Positions 1 through 16,057 of a stretch of 64,000 nucleotides of DNA are shown one piece after another. The position numbers were made by a program, and so were the translations under genes. The stretch is taken from assembly GCA_051942245.1 (NCBI GenBank), contig JAVECL010000002.1:62001-126000 (forward strand), written 5' to 3'. The notes under the pieces are model-generated. The model was not told the origin of the DNA, ran no database searches, and saw only the letters and a program-made list of their open reading frames with translations. Source of the DNA: Trypethelium eluteriae (lineage: Eukaryota). Position 1 is the stretch's first letter. Each line of letters begins with the position of its first letter.

Positions 1-1382
1 GCTGTTGTGGACGGAGATGGGCTTTGGCCAAAAAGAAACGATGTTATCGAGGGTATGAGATGAGTGAAAACTGACCGATCAGCTTAGCATGAAGTTATAA
101 TTGCCCATTGCTAGGAATGACTTGGACGATGAATTGACCAGCCATAGCTAGTGCATCACATATATGTTTTGCAGACTCTAGCGTGATAGTCTATCACAAA
201 ATGCACTCTTTGTACTACCGTGAAAATTGGAAGGGCTCTTAAAAGATTCAGTAGTGAATGCCAGCGGTGGATATTAATATATCAGGCGATCGTTGAAATA
301 GAGAGGACGTGATTCCCCTAGAGATTTAGTATCGATAACGATGTTTACCTTGGAATCAACATCAGTAATCCAGATCAAAGCTAGCACAGATGCGGGATCT
401 ATCGCATCTTGAGTAGGTCGGACAACTTTCTAGCTTGGACCTAACTTGGAAAGTCGTTAATAGCTTGGTACTGGAACAAGGAGTCGCTTGAGTCGTTAAG
501 CGCAAGGTGCTGTAAAATTTCTGCCATCTTTCCGTTACATGGTGCACTGGTTAGGACTGCCCTTATCTTCCAGAGGGAGCGGCCACATTGATTATTCTCC
601 AGACTTTTCTCCAGACTTTAAAATGCGCTTGAGCCCTCTCGCTCTGCTGTTGTGTCTTGTTTCTGATTTCCTCAATAAGCCCAGAATCTGGGACACATTC
701 TTCTAAGGTGACCGATTTATTCCATCATCTTCCTTTGAGCCCTGTACCTAAGACTTCTGGATCTCACAACTGCTAGTTCATTGTTCAAGTTATGTCCTTC
801 ATTTAATCTGCAACCACTTTGAAGGCTTCCTTCAGATGATTGATCGTGACGAGAGCTTGATGTTTCGTAAATTTAAAGGACGGTAGATATGAGTCTCATG
901 ACAGTAAGAGCCGGGTATGACGTGCGAGCAGGCGCGAAAATAAATTAGGCGCTTCCCCGTATGTAATGCTTGGAACATTTGAAAGTGGAGATAGCTATTC
1001 CATCGCTCAGGTAAGAGTGTCTGAAAAATTGAGAGACGAGGGAACTCACTTTCTGTCCTTGTCTTATGCTACTGAAATCCCAGCCCGCTCACTGCTTCCC
1101 AACAGACTATATGGAGCTATATCGACAAAATGATAATAGAGGGCCTCGCTTTATTAGTCATTGTACAATTGCAAACCGAATGACTAACACATAGGTCTAT
1201 ACGATCCCTCCACCGACAGAAATTTTCTACACAAAATCTAGGCCGAGGGATCGTACCACACAGATAATTAGACTCCATGATGACAGGTAGATATGGAGCC
1301 GACACCCGAGCCATGGCTTTGTTGTCTTTGCTTTTGATTTAAGAGATTCCCATCATACCCCAGGCGACCAGGTTCATGCACC

Positions 1383-2408
<1,026 letters not shown>

Positions 2409-3040
2409 TGTGGAGGAAAGTAGGAGGTGGAAGAGGATCAACGGGGAGTGGAGACCGTGCGAGACTGTGAAATGGTCAGGGAGGGCGCAAGAGGTTGTCA
2501 ATTGGGAGCTGTCGAGCTCACTGGATGATTGGTAAGTACTTCACTTTAGGAGCTGTTTGGCTTGTTGAGCGTGAGCAGCGGCTCCACCTCGGCTGCAAAA
2601 ACCCGCTTCGGCGAGCTTGGATGAATTAGGTACCTAAGGCATTCCCTTGACCCGCACGCCATGTCGATTGCTGCAGGTACCCATGATCTTCGCTCATTTC
2701 CCATGGCTCACTGATAATTTAACGGATAAAATGCATCCCGCACTCACATGTGGGCATGATGTATTCCTTCTACAGCGGCATCGCAATCTATTGCAGAACA
2801 GAGACGACAAGACTTCAGGACTGACCACCCTATCGTTTGACTACCTCGCTATTTTGGACAAAAGGAAATTGAGACTGAGATGTACGAGTACAAAGCGGTT
2901 GCGCTCCCTACACTGCCCGCCCCATGTGCCGCAAGTTTCCCAAAGCCAGTCCATCTTAGTTCACTGTACAGTAAGACGACTCTGCTGGAAATTGAGGCAG
3001 GCCTGAGCTTCCAAAAGGGTGGGAATTTACTTTATCCTAT

Positions 3041-5038
<1,998 letters not shown>

Positions 5039-5609
5039 TTTGAGACGTCAAGAGCTGAGGGAGAGGGTGGAGAGAAGATGGTCTGTTGATGAAGTAGCTT
5101 TGGTGGAAGCAGGGTGAAGCCGGGAACGAGGAGTCGGGAAAACCACACCAAGCCTGGACGAAACGTTGGCTGACTGGATCCTTTCGTGCCTCTCTCGACC
5201 AAAACACACTGGATTGAATGTTACAGCCTAAGTTTTGACTGACTCTGGACATTTTGTCATAGCCTAAGTGGGCGCACTGAATCTTGATGCAACTCTCTGT
5301 AATCCTCAATCTACTCAGATCCTGCTCAAGAGCATAAGTCATCACTTCGCAATCAGCTGGGGCTACCCAATATTCCCCCAAAGGAAGCGCTCGCTTCAAG
5401 CCGTATTTTATGAGATGTGAAAACTTCATTGAATCTAAATAAGTCTGTTACAAGAGCTCCTCAAGACGCCATTACTGCAAACGCAATCTGTCAGATACAT
5501 GCCCCGCGCCAACCTGGATAATATCCCCTCGTAGAAACGAAGCAATCGTGAAAATACACCAGCCTCGTATCAGCTATGAAAATCCGATCTTGGTATCGTG
5601 TGAAAGGTA

Positions 5610-6510
5610 TTAGCAGCATTTTCCGCCCTTGGTACCCTCATCTGCAGGCTTTGTCACTTCAATAGTGGTGCGTGCCCCAATTGGATTCTGCGGGTTCTCG
5701 CCTTGGTCGAGCGCTTTCTGGGAAACAATCCGGTATATCTCTGTGAGAGGGGAATTCATCAGCACGATGAATCTCATCCGCCACATAAGTGCAGCCTAGA
5801 TCAGTGTTATTGTTTAGATGCGACATACCGGTAAGGATGTTCTGGAAGGCAAGCTCCACGTTACTTGCATCAAGAGCAGAAGTCTCGATGAAGGACAAAT
5901 TGTTCTCGCCTAGTTTGTATTCTTAGCCCCATCCGCAAGCCTTTGTTTCACCCCAACGGAATGACGTACTTGCAAATTGCTTAGCATCTTCTGTAGGCAC
6001 CGCTCTTAGGTGTCGTAAATCGCTCTTATTTCCGACCAGCATAATCACGATATTAGAGTCCGCATGGTCCCTCAGCTCCTTCAGCCACCGCGTGACGTTC
6101 TCAAATGTGTTCTGCTTGCTGATGTCGTAGACGAGCAAGGCTCCTACTGCGCCTCGATAGTAGGCTGAAGTGATGGCACGATATCGTTCCTGACCAGCAG
6201 TATCCCAGATCTGTGCCTTGATCGTCTTAGAGTCGACTTGAATGGACCGAGTCGCGAATTCGACACCGATGGTGGATTTGGAGTCCAGGTTGAATTCATT
6301 CCTTGTGAAACGACTCAAAAGATTGGATTTACCGACTCCAGAGTCACCAATCAGAACCACTGGGAAAAAGGAGTCAGCTCAAAGAATGACCTCTCAATGC
6401 TATCATGAGGTTCGCATACCCTTGAAGAGGAACTGCGCAAAGAGACATTATTATCAGTCACTGCAGTGTCTGCCTAGACAGGGCCTTACATCGTATTCAT
6501 CGTTTGCCAT
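5610..6510 (-). CDS. YPT31: Rab11/Ypt31-family small GTPase (RabE), 5 exons including a 13-nt micro-exon (6432-6420)
   Basis: [59 protein letters not shown]-terminal GGKCC* prenylation signal. Confidence 0.96.
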
Positions 6511-6784
6511 GTTCAGGACAGTTTCGAATGTGTGCTTGGGGCCTGGATGATGGCGTGTATGTGGGCTTGGGATCTCAACGTTGAAAGAGACAGGATTCTT
6601 GAAATTGACAGAAGAGTACTGGTAGCCGCAAAGGATTCTTATTATGCGACGTTGCGTAAATGTTGTGAGCTTGGACTACAACCACCTCTCCCAGCAAATC
6701 GCCGAAACCGTTTCAAGGGTCCGGCCAGCACGTGACATTGTCCTGAGTTGAGGACTCCGCCTTCCGTTGTGGTTACTAAGCACT

Positions 6785-6840
6785 CCAAGGTACGGTACCT
6801 TAGTAAGGTACCTTAGGTACCTCCGTACAGGTGCCTAGGA
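6785..6840. promoter_or_regulatory. GTAC/AGGTACCT palindrome array in the Rab11 / chromodomain-gene bidirectional promoter
   Basis: Five GTAC cores in about 40 bp, including the perfect palindrome TAAGGTACCTTA (6804-6815). Function is inferred only from position. Confidence 0.4.
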
Positions 6841-6942
6841 AAGTATTTATGCGCTGTGGTCCTTCCAAACATAGACAACCTCCCTCTTAATACTCTAGTA
6901 CCTCCGCCATCGACATGATTCGTCTCCGGCTATGCAAACATC

Positions 6943-9900
6943 ATGTCTACAACAATTGAGGGAATGTTTGTGCCTGACGATGACGATCTTTCGGTGAATC
7001 CGACGCCGGCTAGTTCTCCAAGGTCACACTATGCTCTCGAGGCCATCCTCGCTGAGAGAGTTGGTGACAATGGAGTCAAAGAGTATCTTGTAAAATGGGA
7101 AGACTATCCACTTCATCGCTCAACGTGGGAACCGGAAGAGAACTTCTCCAGCGACAAGCCTATGTGGGAATGGGAGGACACCAAAGCTAGAATTGCACGA
7201 GGGCTAGAGTCTGCTTTCGCTCTCAACGACTATTACAGAAGCGTTGATGAAGAGTCCAATCGAGTTACCCAGCTTTATTACAGACGACATCAGAAGCGGA
7301 TCAAGAACAACTTGTCTGTGACGCCAGAGCCAGTGGAGAGCGAGGGAGGCGATTCAGAAGCTTTTGAAATTGCCGACTCGGACCCTGGAGTGGAGAATTG
7401 GCCTTCTGAAGACGAGCGACGTCTACTCTCGAAGCATGAAGGGATACTGAAGAAAGGACTTGCCCGCCCGAAGAAGACGCGAGACCAACGTAGAAGAAAG
7501 GTGTGTCCGGGGGTTAGTCCGATGTCCACCTCCTCCGATAGCGATAGTGGTGTCGAGGATTCTCCAGCGATCCCAAGAAAGAAGCGACGCGTGATGTCTT
7601 CCGATCTTGAAGATGAGCCATATGTAGCCTCCCCGGACTCGGTCCTTGAAGAACATCAGGCGAGTGTTAACCAGCAATCTTGTAAAGCAAGTGTAGATTA
7701 TTCTTCGCTCAGAAACAAGGACATTATAGGCAGGAAGGCCTCCTTGGACTCATCACAGAATCTTGTTCTTGCAAAGGAAGCTACAACGCCTATTCTGCAA
7801 AAGAAGTCCAGGTCCGGCTCCGCCACTGGCGCTGGCACTATCCACATTCCCAAGAAATCAACCTCTTTCAGTCTTCTCTCAGGTATTTTACCTCGTCGGT
7901 CTGCTTTGATGAATAAGGTTGTTGCAGAGGAAGTCGTTAGTAGCCCCACTCGAGTAACGAAACGTACAGTCAATAATCTCAGTACGTCAATACTTCTGCT
8001 TCAAAACCTTTTCAGTATAATCATATTCAGGAGAGCAACCAACTTTCTTCCATGCTCTATATCGTAGCGGTGATATGCATATCGACCAAATGGCTTTATG
8101 CACATTAGCCAAACGTATATAATTCTTAAGTTCACTAGAAACCTATGTACACGAGACATCCAATGCTTTCTGCTCATGAAGTTTCTAGGCAAACCAAAAG
8201 GAGCTGGGATTTTTGCTTCCTGGGACGCTCCACGGAAGAAGAAAGGCAGAACACGGCTAGGTCAGGAAACGGCAAATGCAAATGAAGTAAAGAATTTTCG
8301 AACGCTCTCCCAACGACATAGACTTCAGGAATATGGTCGCAACGAACCTCCACCAAATCCAGAACATTTGAACTTCATAGATCTTAATCAGAACAAGCCG
8401 TTCCACCAGGCCATAACAGAGGCCCCACCAGGACAGGTAGCTTTGGAAGCTCAGCAAGGAAGTGTTGCTGATGCTACAAATCGGCCTTCGAGAAACAATT
8501 CTCCTCTACTACCTTCTGCGGTAGAAAGGCAAAGCAGTCCGGGCTTTGTCGATCTTGCAGATGATTCGGACAATGACAGTTCTCCTGTGCCACCTTCTCT
8601 TATCGAGAAGGAAATTCGTCCAAGCCCAACGGCAGGTGGATTCAGGCAGAGTTGGGGAGTAGTATCTAGTGTATCTCCAAACCTTTCGGATCCTCCTGCT
8701 ACCAACCAGGATAGTATAAACTCTACTTGCGATTTAACTCAGTCGATCGGGGAAGCCATCTTCTCCATGCTCGGACCTAGCACAGAAGGATTTCATGATT
8801 CGACAGTGGCAAGTTCTGCCTTGGCAGAGCCCATGCTTAATGCCAGTGCACCATGGACGGGTAAGCCGCCAATGACCTGCCGTCGATGGAAGATAGACGG
8901 CAGCTGCCCATATTCGGACTCACAATGTCCGCTTCAGCATCGTTCACTGCCTCTTGTAGAGCCTGTCGGCGGACCGCCGCCAAAATTCCGGCCTCAGCCG
9001 CAGACCTGCGATTTCTGGTATAAGAAGAAGTCTTGTCACTTCACCCCAGAGCAATGTCGCTACGCCCATTGGAATACCGGCCTCCTTGGCAACCGGTTTG
9101 ACCCACAGAATCCTATACCCATTTCGAAGAGCGCGGATGCCCAACCGCTGTATATTCCCAGAATCTTGAAGACCTGCTATTTCTGGAAGACAAATGGTCG
9201 CTGCATGAAGTCGGATCGCGAGTGTTCGTTCGCGCATTTCCAGTGTGACGAAGATGCCGATCCTCCAGGATCTTGGAGAGAATTAGTGCACACCTCAGGT
9301 GAGTAGCTGCTGCAGAACACACACATACCGTGTGTTCAGTGCGTTGCCTACATATTGAACAACATTCCCAGTCGCCCCGCGTACAGGCATCAAGCCTGCG
9401 GATGATTCTACGGATAGCTCGCCACCATCAACGCGTCTAGAATCCATCTTGCAACAAGACACCATGGGCGAACATGTAATGGCGACGTTGTGCGTGCCAA
9501 TGATGCAGGAAAGTCTAACAATATTGCAAGTCCTTATGTTGGGCATGGAGCTTGGCGTCAAGAACGAATTCTTGGCTCAGACTGGAAATAACCCTAAATT
9601 CCTTCTCAAGCATATGTGCATGTCGGAAGACTACAGACATCATGTCATTTCTGTAAGGCCGTTCAAAATCGAGATAAAGACATCACTAATACCATACATC
9701 TAGCGGAAGCCAACGTGCCTGGCGAAAGGAGAAATTTCCCCAATTGCAGATACGAAACTAGAAGATTTTGTGCAAAATCTCAAGTTACATTCCAGCGCAG
9801 CTCTATACTACCATCAAAACTTCACGATGACTATCTATCCAGCAGATGAGGAATCGTGGAAATTCTTACCCACGAACAGAAAGACAGCTCCAGAGGTGAA

Positions 9901-11104
9901 GCTTCGCTTTTACATCCACACGCCGGTATCGCAGCCACTCGCACTTCCAGGACCAGCCGCATCCTTGACCAGACACAGCCTATCGGAGGCTCCTGTATTA
10001 CTACTTTTTCGTGAAGTCATAGGCATCACACCTGAAGGTTTATTCACATGGCGCGACGGAAAGACGAATCCCATACCAATTGAGCGTAATGTGTTTCTGA
10101 TGATACCCCCTTGTTATGCAGATGAGCTTATGCTGCTTGAAAAATTCTTTGCAGCTTGTAAGGCCAAGGTGAGCACCATCGGGTCATGGGGAAAATTTTC
10201 CAATCAATACAAGAGCTCTGGAGTTGTACTGGTACGTCGTATCCCTGTGTTACTTCTTTAAACGAAAAGCCGCACTCCACCAAAGAATCACTGTGCGCTA
10301 ACAATCTGCAACCCATTACAGTTTCACCCAACCTTTTTCTCCTATCACAAATTGGCTAACCTCCAAAAATTCCTTGTTCGCGGCTTCCGCTGGAACATGT
10401 TCCGCCTCGGGTGTCTTGCGGTCCCCTCAGCCACGCCGACTGGCTTGCCTCTCCTTCCCTCCAACACCATCAGCATCACGAAGCTTTTCCCTAACGGCGG
10501 TATCTTTCTTCTGACCGATGACGTCCTCGCCTCCCACCCCCTCTCCGCCCTCGTCATCATCCTTAAGTTCGTCGAGACGAACCGCACTAAGCGCCCTGAG
10601 CAGCAGAACTGGCGTCTCGTTGGCCGCCCAGGTCTGGTGCATTGGGTTCGGCAGCTTGCGTTTGAGCGGCGGGATCGTGACCTCTTTCAGATTCATGAAG
10701 AGCTCGAGCGGCTCCCATCGTCTCTCGATTCTGCAAAGCGTGCAGACAGTCCCATCAACGTCGGGCCAACACAGCCGCCGCTCGTAGTGTCACCGGATCC
10801 GGAGGTAATGTCAGAGTATGCGGATACGTGGGAGAACGACCCTGTCAGGGCGACGGAGTGGTTGGTGGAATGGTACGCGGGCTGGCTGCTGGATCAGGTG
10901 GAGATCGCGCGGAAGTTTTACGTTGTGTACTCGACGGCGGAGTGGGCGGCTTCAAGGGACTGGAAGGAGCGGTACCAGCATTTGGACGTGTTGAGCATGG
11001 ACAAGTTTGCCACAACCACGTGGTCAGATGTGGAAATTGATGGGGCAGTGATGAAGAGGATGAAGGCTTCAGTGGAAGGGACGAACCGAGAGGGGAAGAA
11101 GTGA
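6943..11104 (+). CDS. Chromodomain protein with three CCCH zinc fingers and a folded C-terminal domain (Chp1-like), multi-exon
   Basis: Chromodomain YALEAILAER...EYLVKWEDYPLHRSTWEPEENF; three C-x-C-x-C-x3-H fingers (TCRRW, TCDFW, TCYFW) in 8870-9240; introns near 7982-8188, 9299-9371, 9653-9703 and 10232-10321 join the ORFs in frame. Confidence 0.8.
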
Positions 11105-11444
11105 GGGAGAACAGTGCAGAAGTGATAGCGTGTCTCAAGAACGAAAGATATTGGGGACAGAGCTAGACGACGGTCTTACCCATCGATACCGGGTTTACTT
11201 CCGGTTACTTAACTGACTATTGGCGGTAAACGGACAGACAAGAGCTTTGCGGGAGGAGTTCTGGTGGTGCTGCATAACTTTGCTTTAGATGCAGTTTGAT
11301 CACCTTTAGACATGTCTTAGAGTATACGGGGAATTCGGGCTCGTATTCATATGTTACGATTTTTTAAAAAAAAAAAATTCGGCAGTTTTCTACTTGGGCT
11401 TTTGGCATTGTTACTTCCCTTGGGTAAAGCCATAATCGACCTTA

Positions 11445-13261
11445 CTATTGCATCGCGGCATTGCAACTCGTATTTCCACACGCTCCTGTTAACGCCTCGC
11501 TCGGCACAAATGCTTGGATCCATGTCGAATTCCTCAATGCTGTACCCTTTCCATCTACAGCCTGAGCTAGAACATACGGATACATCTCTGGGCTTTCAAA
11601 CATTGTCTCGAACCCAGTTTTATCCACGCTTCCTAGCAAGACAACTTGTGCCGTATCCCCGACGGTGTTTGGATAACCTGCCTTGTTCGGCGCCACCATC
11701 GACCCATAAAAGCTCCAGGATGCAACCTCAGTGGCACCATTCCAGCTCACGTATACATATAGGGGGTAACTTCCATCAGCGGTCTTTGCGTACGCCCACA
11801 TAGCAGGGCTATCGGCAGGAGTTGAGTTCCAACCATCGAAGCTGAAGGCACGGTAGTTCATCGTAACGCCCTGGGCGAAGTTGGCGGCCCAAACAACATG
11901 AGTGCCACTGGAATCGTGCTCAGTGGCCCAGGCATATGGGCCCCATCCATTGAAGATATTGCTGTTTGAGAGTAATTGTGTATTACCTTGTGAGCCAACG
12001 AGGAGGCCGCCCTCAACAATACTGTCAGGGAAGCTGACTGAGGACGTCAGAGTAGCGGTTCCAGCTAATAAGTCGATAGCAATGAATTTTCCGGAGGAGT
12101 AAGAAGAGGTTTGGTTATAGCCGTCAGAAGCGTTGTCGAAGATGCTGAGGGTGATGTGGGTACTATTCTCGGATATGAGCCGCCCATCGTGTTGGAAAGA
12201 AAAATTGAAGTTGGTAAGCGTGAAATTGGAGAGTGAGGATGAGGTGAGTCTCCAGATGATGCTACCATCAGAACTAGAGATATAGTAGAGTGTTGATGTA
12301 TGTCGTGAAGAGACAAGGTAGTTTCCTGTGGTAGTGGATTTGTCGATTGCGTTGATGTGGAAATAGTCATAAGGCGTGGCCACTGATAACCCGTTACCCG
12401 AGGTGTCAGTGGAGTTCGGTTTGACATAAGACGATGAGATCGGTACATGATCGATACTAGACCACGAGAAGAGGACTTCACCAGATGTGACATTTATCTC
12501 TTGGAAAACACCGGAAGTAATGTAGCCGATACCGCTGGTAATTCCTTGGGCGCTCAAATCCCACGGCAGTAAGTCGTATGCAGTCATCAACGCCGTCCCA
12601 TTATCTGTCAGCTGAAATTCATGCATGTCTGCTTGTGTCTGGCCGGCCCCGATCTGTACAGACTGTATCGTTTTGTAGTTGCTATCAAGAATCACCGCTT
12701 GGCCTCTGCCATATCCGAGAAGCTGGTTCTCCGAAGAGAAGCACAGGTGGGGCTGTCCTTGCCAATTACAGACATGGAAATTATGGGCATTCGACGGTCC
12801 TGAAGCACCCCATCCGTCCCATATAAGATTCTGTGAAAGTGAGCATTTCTTTTTGAAGTAGACAATATAAATGCTTACTCCCTGTTTATCATAGATGTAA
12901 GGACCTGATTGCAAAGCTTGATATGGCGCAATGAAGACGTATCCTATGCCTGTCAACACTATGCTCTTGCATTTTATACTTGATCAGTCAAAGTCACCTG
13001 GAGCGTGGCCAGAGGAGTTGCTGTCAGATATTGTGACATTCAAGATTGGTGGCGTTAGCTCAGGTCTCTGGTCGGAATGCCCCCAGGTCAGCCAAGAAAT
13101 CATAGAAATGGGACGAAAAAAAAGCTTACACTGAAGAAGACTGAGGTTGGAGCTGTCGCATTACTAGTCGGCAAAGCTTGGTTCTGCTGAGCAAATGTCA
13201 CAGTGGAGCACAGGACTACAATCCAATAGAAGAGTCTTAAGAACGCATTAGGAAAAACCAT
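11445..13261 (-). CDS. Secreted arylsulfotransferase (ASST)-like beta-propeller protein, 4 exons
   Basis: Hydrophobic signal peptide MVFPNAFLRLFYWIVVLCSTVTFA; RPELTPP, DMHEF, DYFHINAI, SSRH, FQHDGR, FDN, SQGNTQLL, YRAF and YVSWNGATEV motifs; many N-x-S/T sites. Confidence 0.88.
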
Positions 13262-15150
13262 GAAGGGCGACGAGCTTGTTTGCCATGTATTGAGCAAACA
13301 CACACTGGCGGGAGTAAAGTAAAAAGACTGGATTAGAGTGGAGGGCTTTACTTTGTGGATTACTAGGTAGACCAAAACTTGGCCCTGCCGCTGCACAAGG
13401 GTCAGGCATCAGATACGCAGGAACCAGGCTGCGATGGTCCAGCTGCCACACAATCCTGGTCAGCAGTCGTCATGGATAGGTAGGCCAGTGCAATAGCCGC
13501 ACCTGACCACCTGACATCGCTCGGAAAGGATTCATGCGGTGAGGGTAGGAATGCCAGGCATGGCAAAGTCGACATTTGGTCTTGGTTAGGACAGTCTGTG
13601 TGTGCGGGGTAGAGATATAAATAGTCCCGAGGTTGAGACACCAAAACGATAGAGTAACGTAATATGGAGTACCAGTAATATCAAGCGAAGTGCTGTAAGA
13701 GCAGTATCACAGTGAGTACACGCTCCTCAACTCACCAGTAAGGCATAGCTAAGAAACCGCATGGTCCTTTCTGCAAGTGAATTCTTGTTATTTCATCGCC
13801 GTGCTGCTGGCCCGCTGTTCTGTGGCTGCGCTTTGACCGGAGGATCTGGAGGGGCAGAAGGGGCTGTTATGTAAAAATCTTGCTGAACCAGGCAGTATTA
13901 GCTTTGCCTAAGCCGCTATTCAATCCAAGGACGCTGCGAAATGGTGTTCGTTCCGAGAATATGACAAGCATCTCGCAACGACTTTAATGTCGGTTGTGAC
14001 TTTTACGGACAAGCCAGCCACAGATGCAAGAACATCGCATCTTTGCTCTTGGTCGAGCCATTACGGCGCAGAACCGGGCCATGTGAATCTCGTTGGGTGA
14101 AAATTCTAGTTTGGGCTCGATCTCAGAAGATCACTTCTTGGAATATTTCGCTAAGAAGGCAAGCCCGATAGACCGCTGTTGGCTCATGTTGCCTACGCAG
14201 CACGCGTAGTACTACCCAGTCCCATAGCCTCCTTGCGAAGGGGCACCAAGAAAAAGCACCCGAATGGTGTTGCAACTCGTACGCATTATCCAGCGGGGAT
14301 ACCAATCCTGCTCTCTGGAAGAACATGCAATGGTAGATTGCCACTGGAGTCATGTGACTCTTGATGTCTTAGGTAGTAGGTAGGTAACGTGCTGTAATCG
14401 CGAAAGAGTGCGCCACAACAACATCCCCTGGGCTCTGTAGAGCAGTGTACCTTCCCCAATACTGACGTCGATTTACGTGGCTTGGTAAGATTCACGGCAT
14501 GGTCATTGTGAGAGAGAGTGGAGTAGATAAGTAATGTTGATAGCGGTGCGATGTCTAATGCAATCCAGGGCCGTGGCATTCATTTCCCCTTCTTTGGCTT
14601 AGGTGCCTGTTTTTGAGCTACGGGTAAGAGCAAATTCGATGCTGAGGACTCGTGCTTCCTCTCTCATGCCATTTGAGTGTCCTGACAAGACACAAAAGAT
14701 GCAAGAGCGACCTGATAGGCATATGAAGCCAACCAATCCTCGAAGGCCAAGAAACAAAATGGAAGAAGATGAAAAAGAGAGCAAAAATGAGTTTGAACTT
14801 TTGATGTTCCCCCAGATGTCCGATTCATTGCAGTGCATTTCCGCCCTCAGGGTTGCAGAGGTCTCTGCTAATGCCTTCTCGCATCATCATGATGGTTCAC
14901 CAAGCCGTTTGCATACCACAATGGCCACCTTGTAAGAAATATACAAGAAAAGGGAAACAATACGGAAATTCGTGAATTGAGAATTGTGTGTCTAGCCGTG
15001 AAAGGTCATCGTTGTCGTAGCTCGCTCATGCTCGCCTGAAGAATTGCTAGGTGATCGAATCGCTGCACAAAGACTCAAATTGTCGGTGACTGTCCTGTAG
15101 ACTTGTATCGCGGTCGCCAAGGCGTGCGACTAATGTTGAAGGGAGTGGGA

Positions 15151-16057
15151 TTATTCCGGGCACATGGATTGGATATGGCCGGGCTTTTTGCATCGATAGC
15201 AGACACGCTCGGAAGAAGATTCGGATGGACAGTCGCGACTCAGATGGCCGACCTCTCCGCCTAGACGCGTAAGCATGAAATCTGTGAATAGGTCATAGCA
15301 CCAAGCTTACAGTTGTAGCACTTCTGGCCTTGGGTGCAGTCCCTGGACATGTGTCCATAGCCACCGCAGGAATAACAAGTCTGGCCACCGCGACCACCGC
15401 CAAATCCACCGCCACCGCCACCGCCACCTCCATATCCTCCTCCAAAGCCACGGCCACCACCAAAGCCACCACCACCTTGAGTGCAGTTCCTTGCAATGTG
15501 ACCCATGCCGCCGCACTTGTAGCATTCCTGTCCACCGCTCATACCACCGCCAGCTCCACTAGGCTCCTGCGGGCATTCGCGAGAGATATGACCGGTGTTG
15601 CCGCAACGGTAACAGGTGCGCTCCTTTTGAGGGTTTTGGCAGTCCTTGCTAAGATGACCCTGCTCGCCGCAATTATAGCATGTTGGATTCCCCTTGCTAG
15701 GGCAGTCTTTGGCTTGGTGAGACGTGTCGCCACCTAATGAGGCAAGTTAGAACTGCCGCGGAAGTGATAGGTAGCACACAGATATGGGAAAAATGCAAAT
15801 GTAAGCATGAAAAATGGACATTTGGATGGATTGACAGCTGAAATCATATGTGAAGGAGCTTTCCTCAGCAGCACTGTCTCTTGATGACATGTGATTGCTA
15901 GCTAGAGCATGTTGCTTCGCCAGCGTACGACCACGTCTCGGCACGTGGTTGTAGAACGCGTCCTGTGAAAAGTAGGACATCGAAGAAAAGAAATCTTCGG
16001 ACAATACTGACAGTTGTAGCATGCGCGACCACCGGATGGTCCCCAGGCGCTATCCAT
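15151..16057 (-). CDS. GIS2: CCHC zinc-knuckle nucleic-acid-binding protein (Gis2/Byr3/CNBP), 7 knuckles plus RGG/Gly tract; exons 16057-16012, 15733-15311, 15260-15151
   Basis: Spliced translation gives [26 protein letters not shown]...GHIQSMCPE* with seven C-x2-C-x4-H-x4-C motifs. Confidence 0.93.

Noticed and set aside
1..1100. Protein-like but stop-ridden minus-strand frames at the window start
   Set aside because: No family motif, terminal repeat or splice model could be supported.
15293..15737. Trp/Arg-rich and Ala/Thr-rich ORFs overlapping GIS2
   Set aside because: Alternative-frame and antisense readings of the Gly (GGN) repeat.
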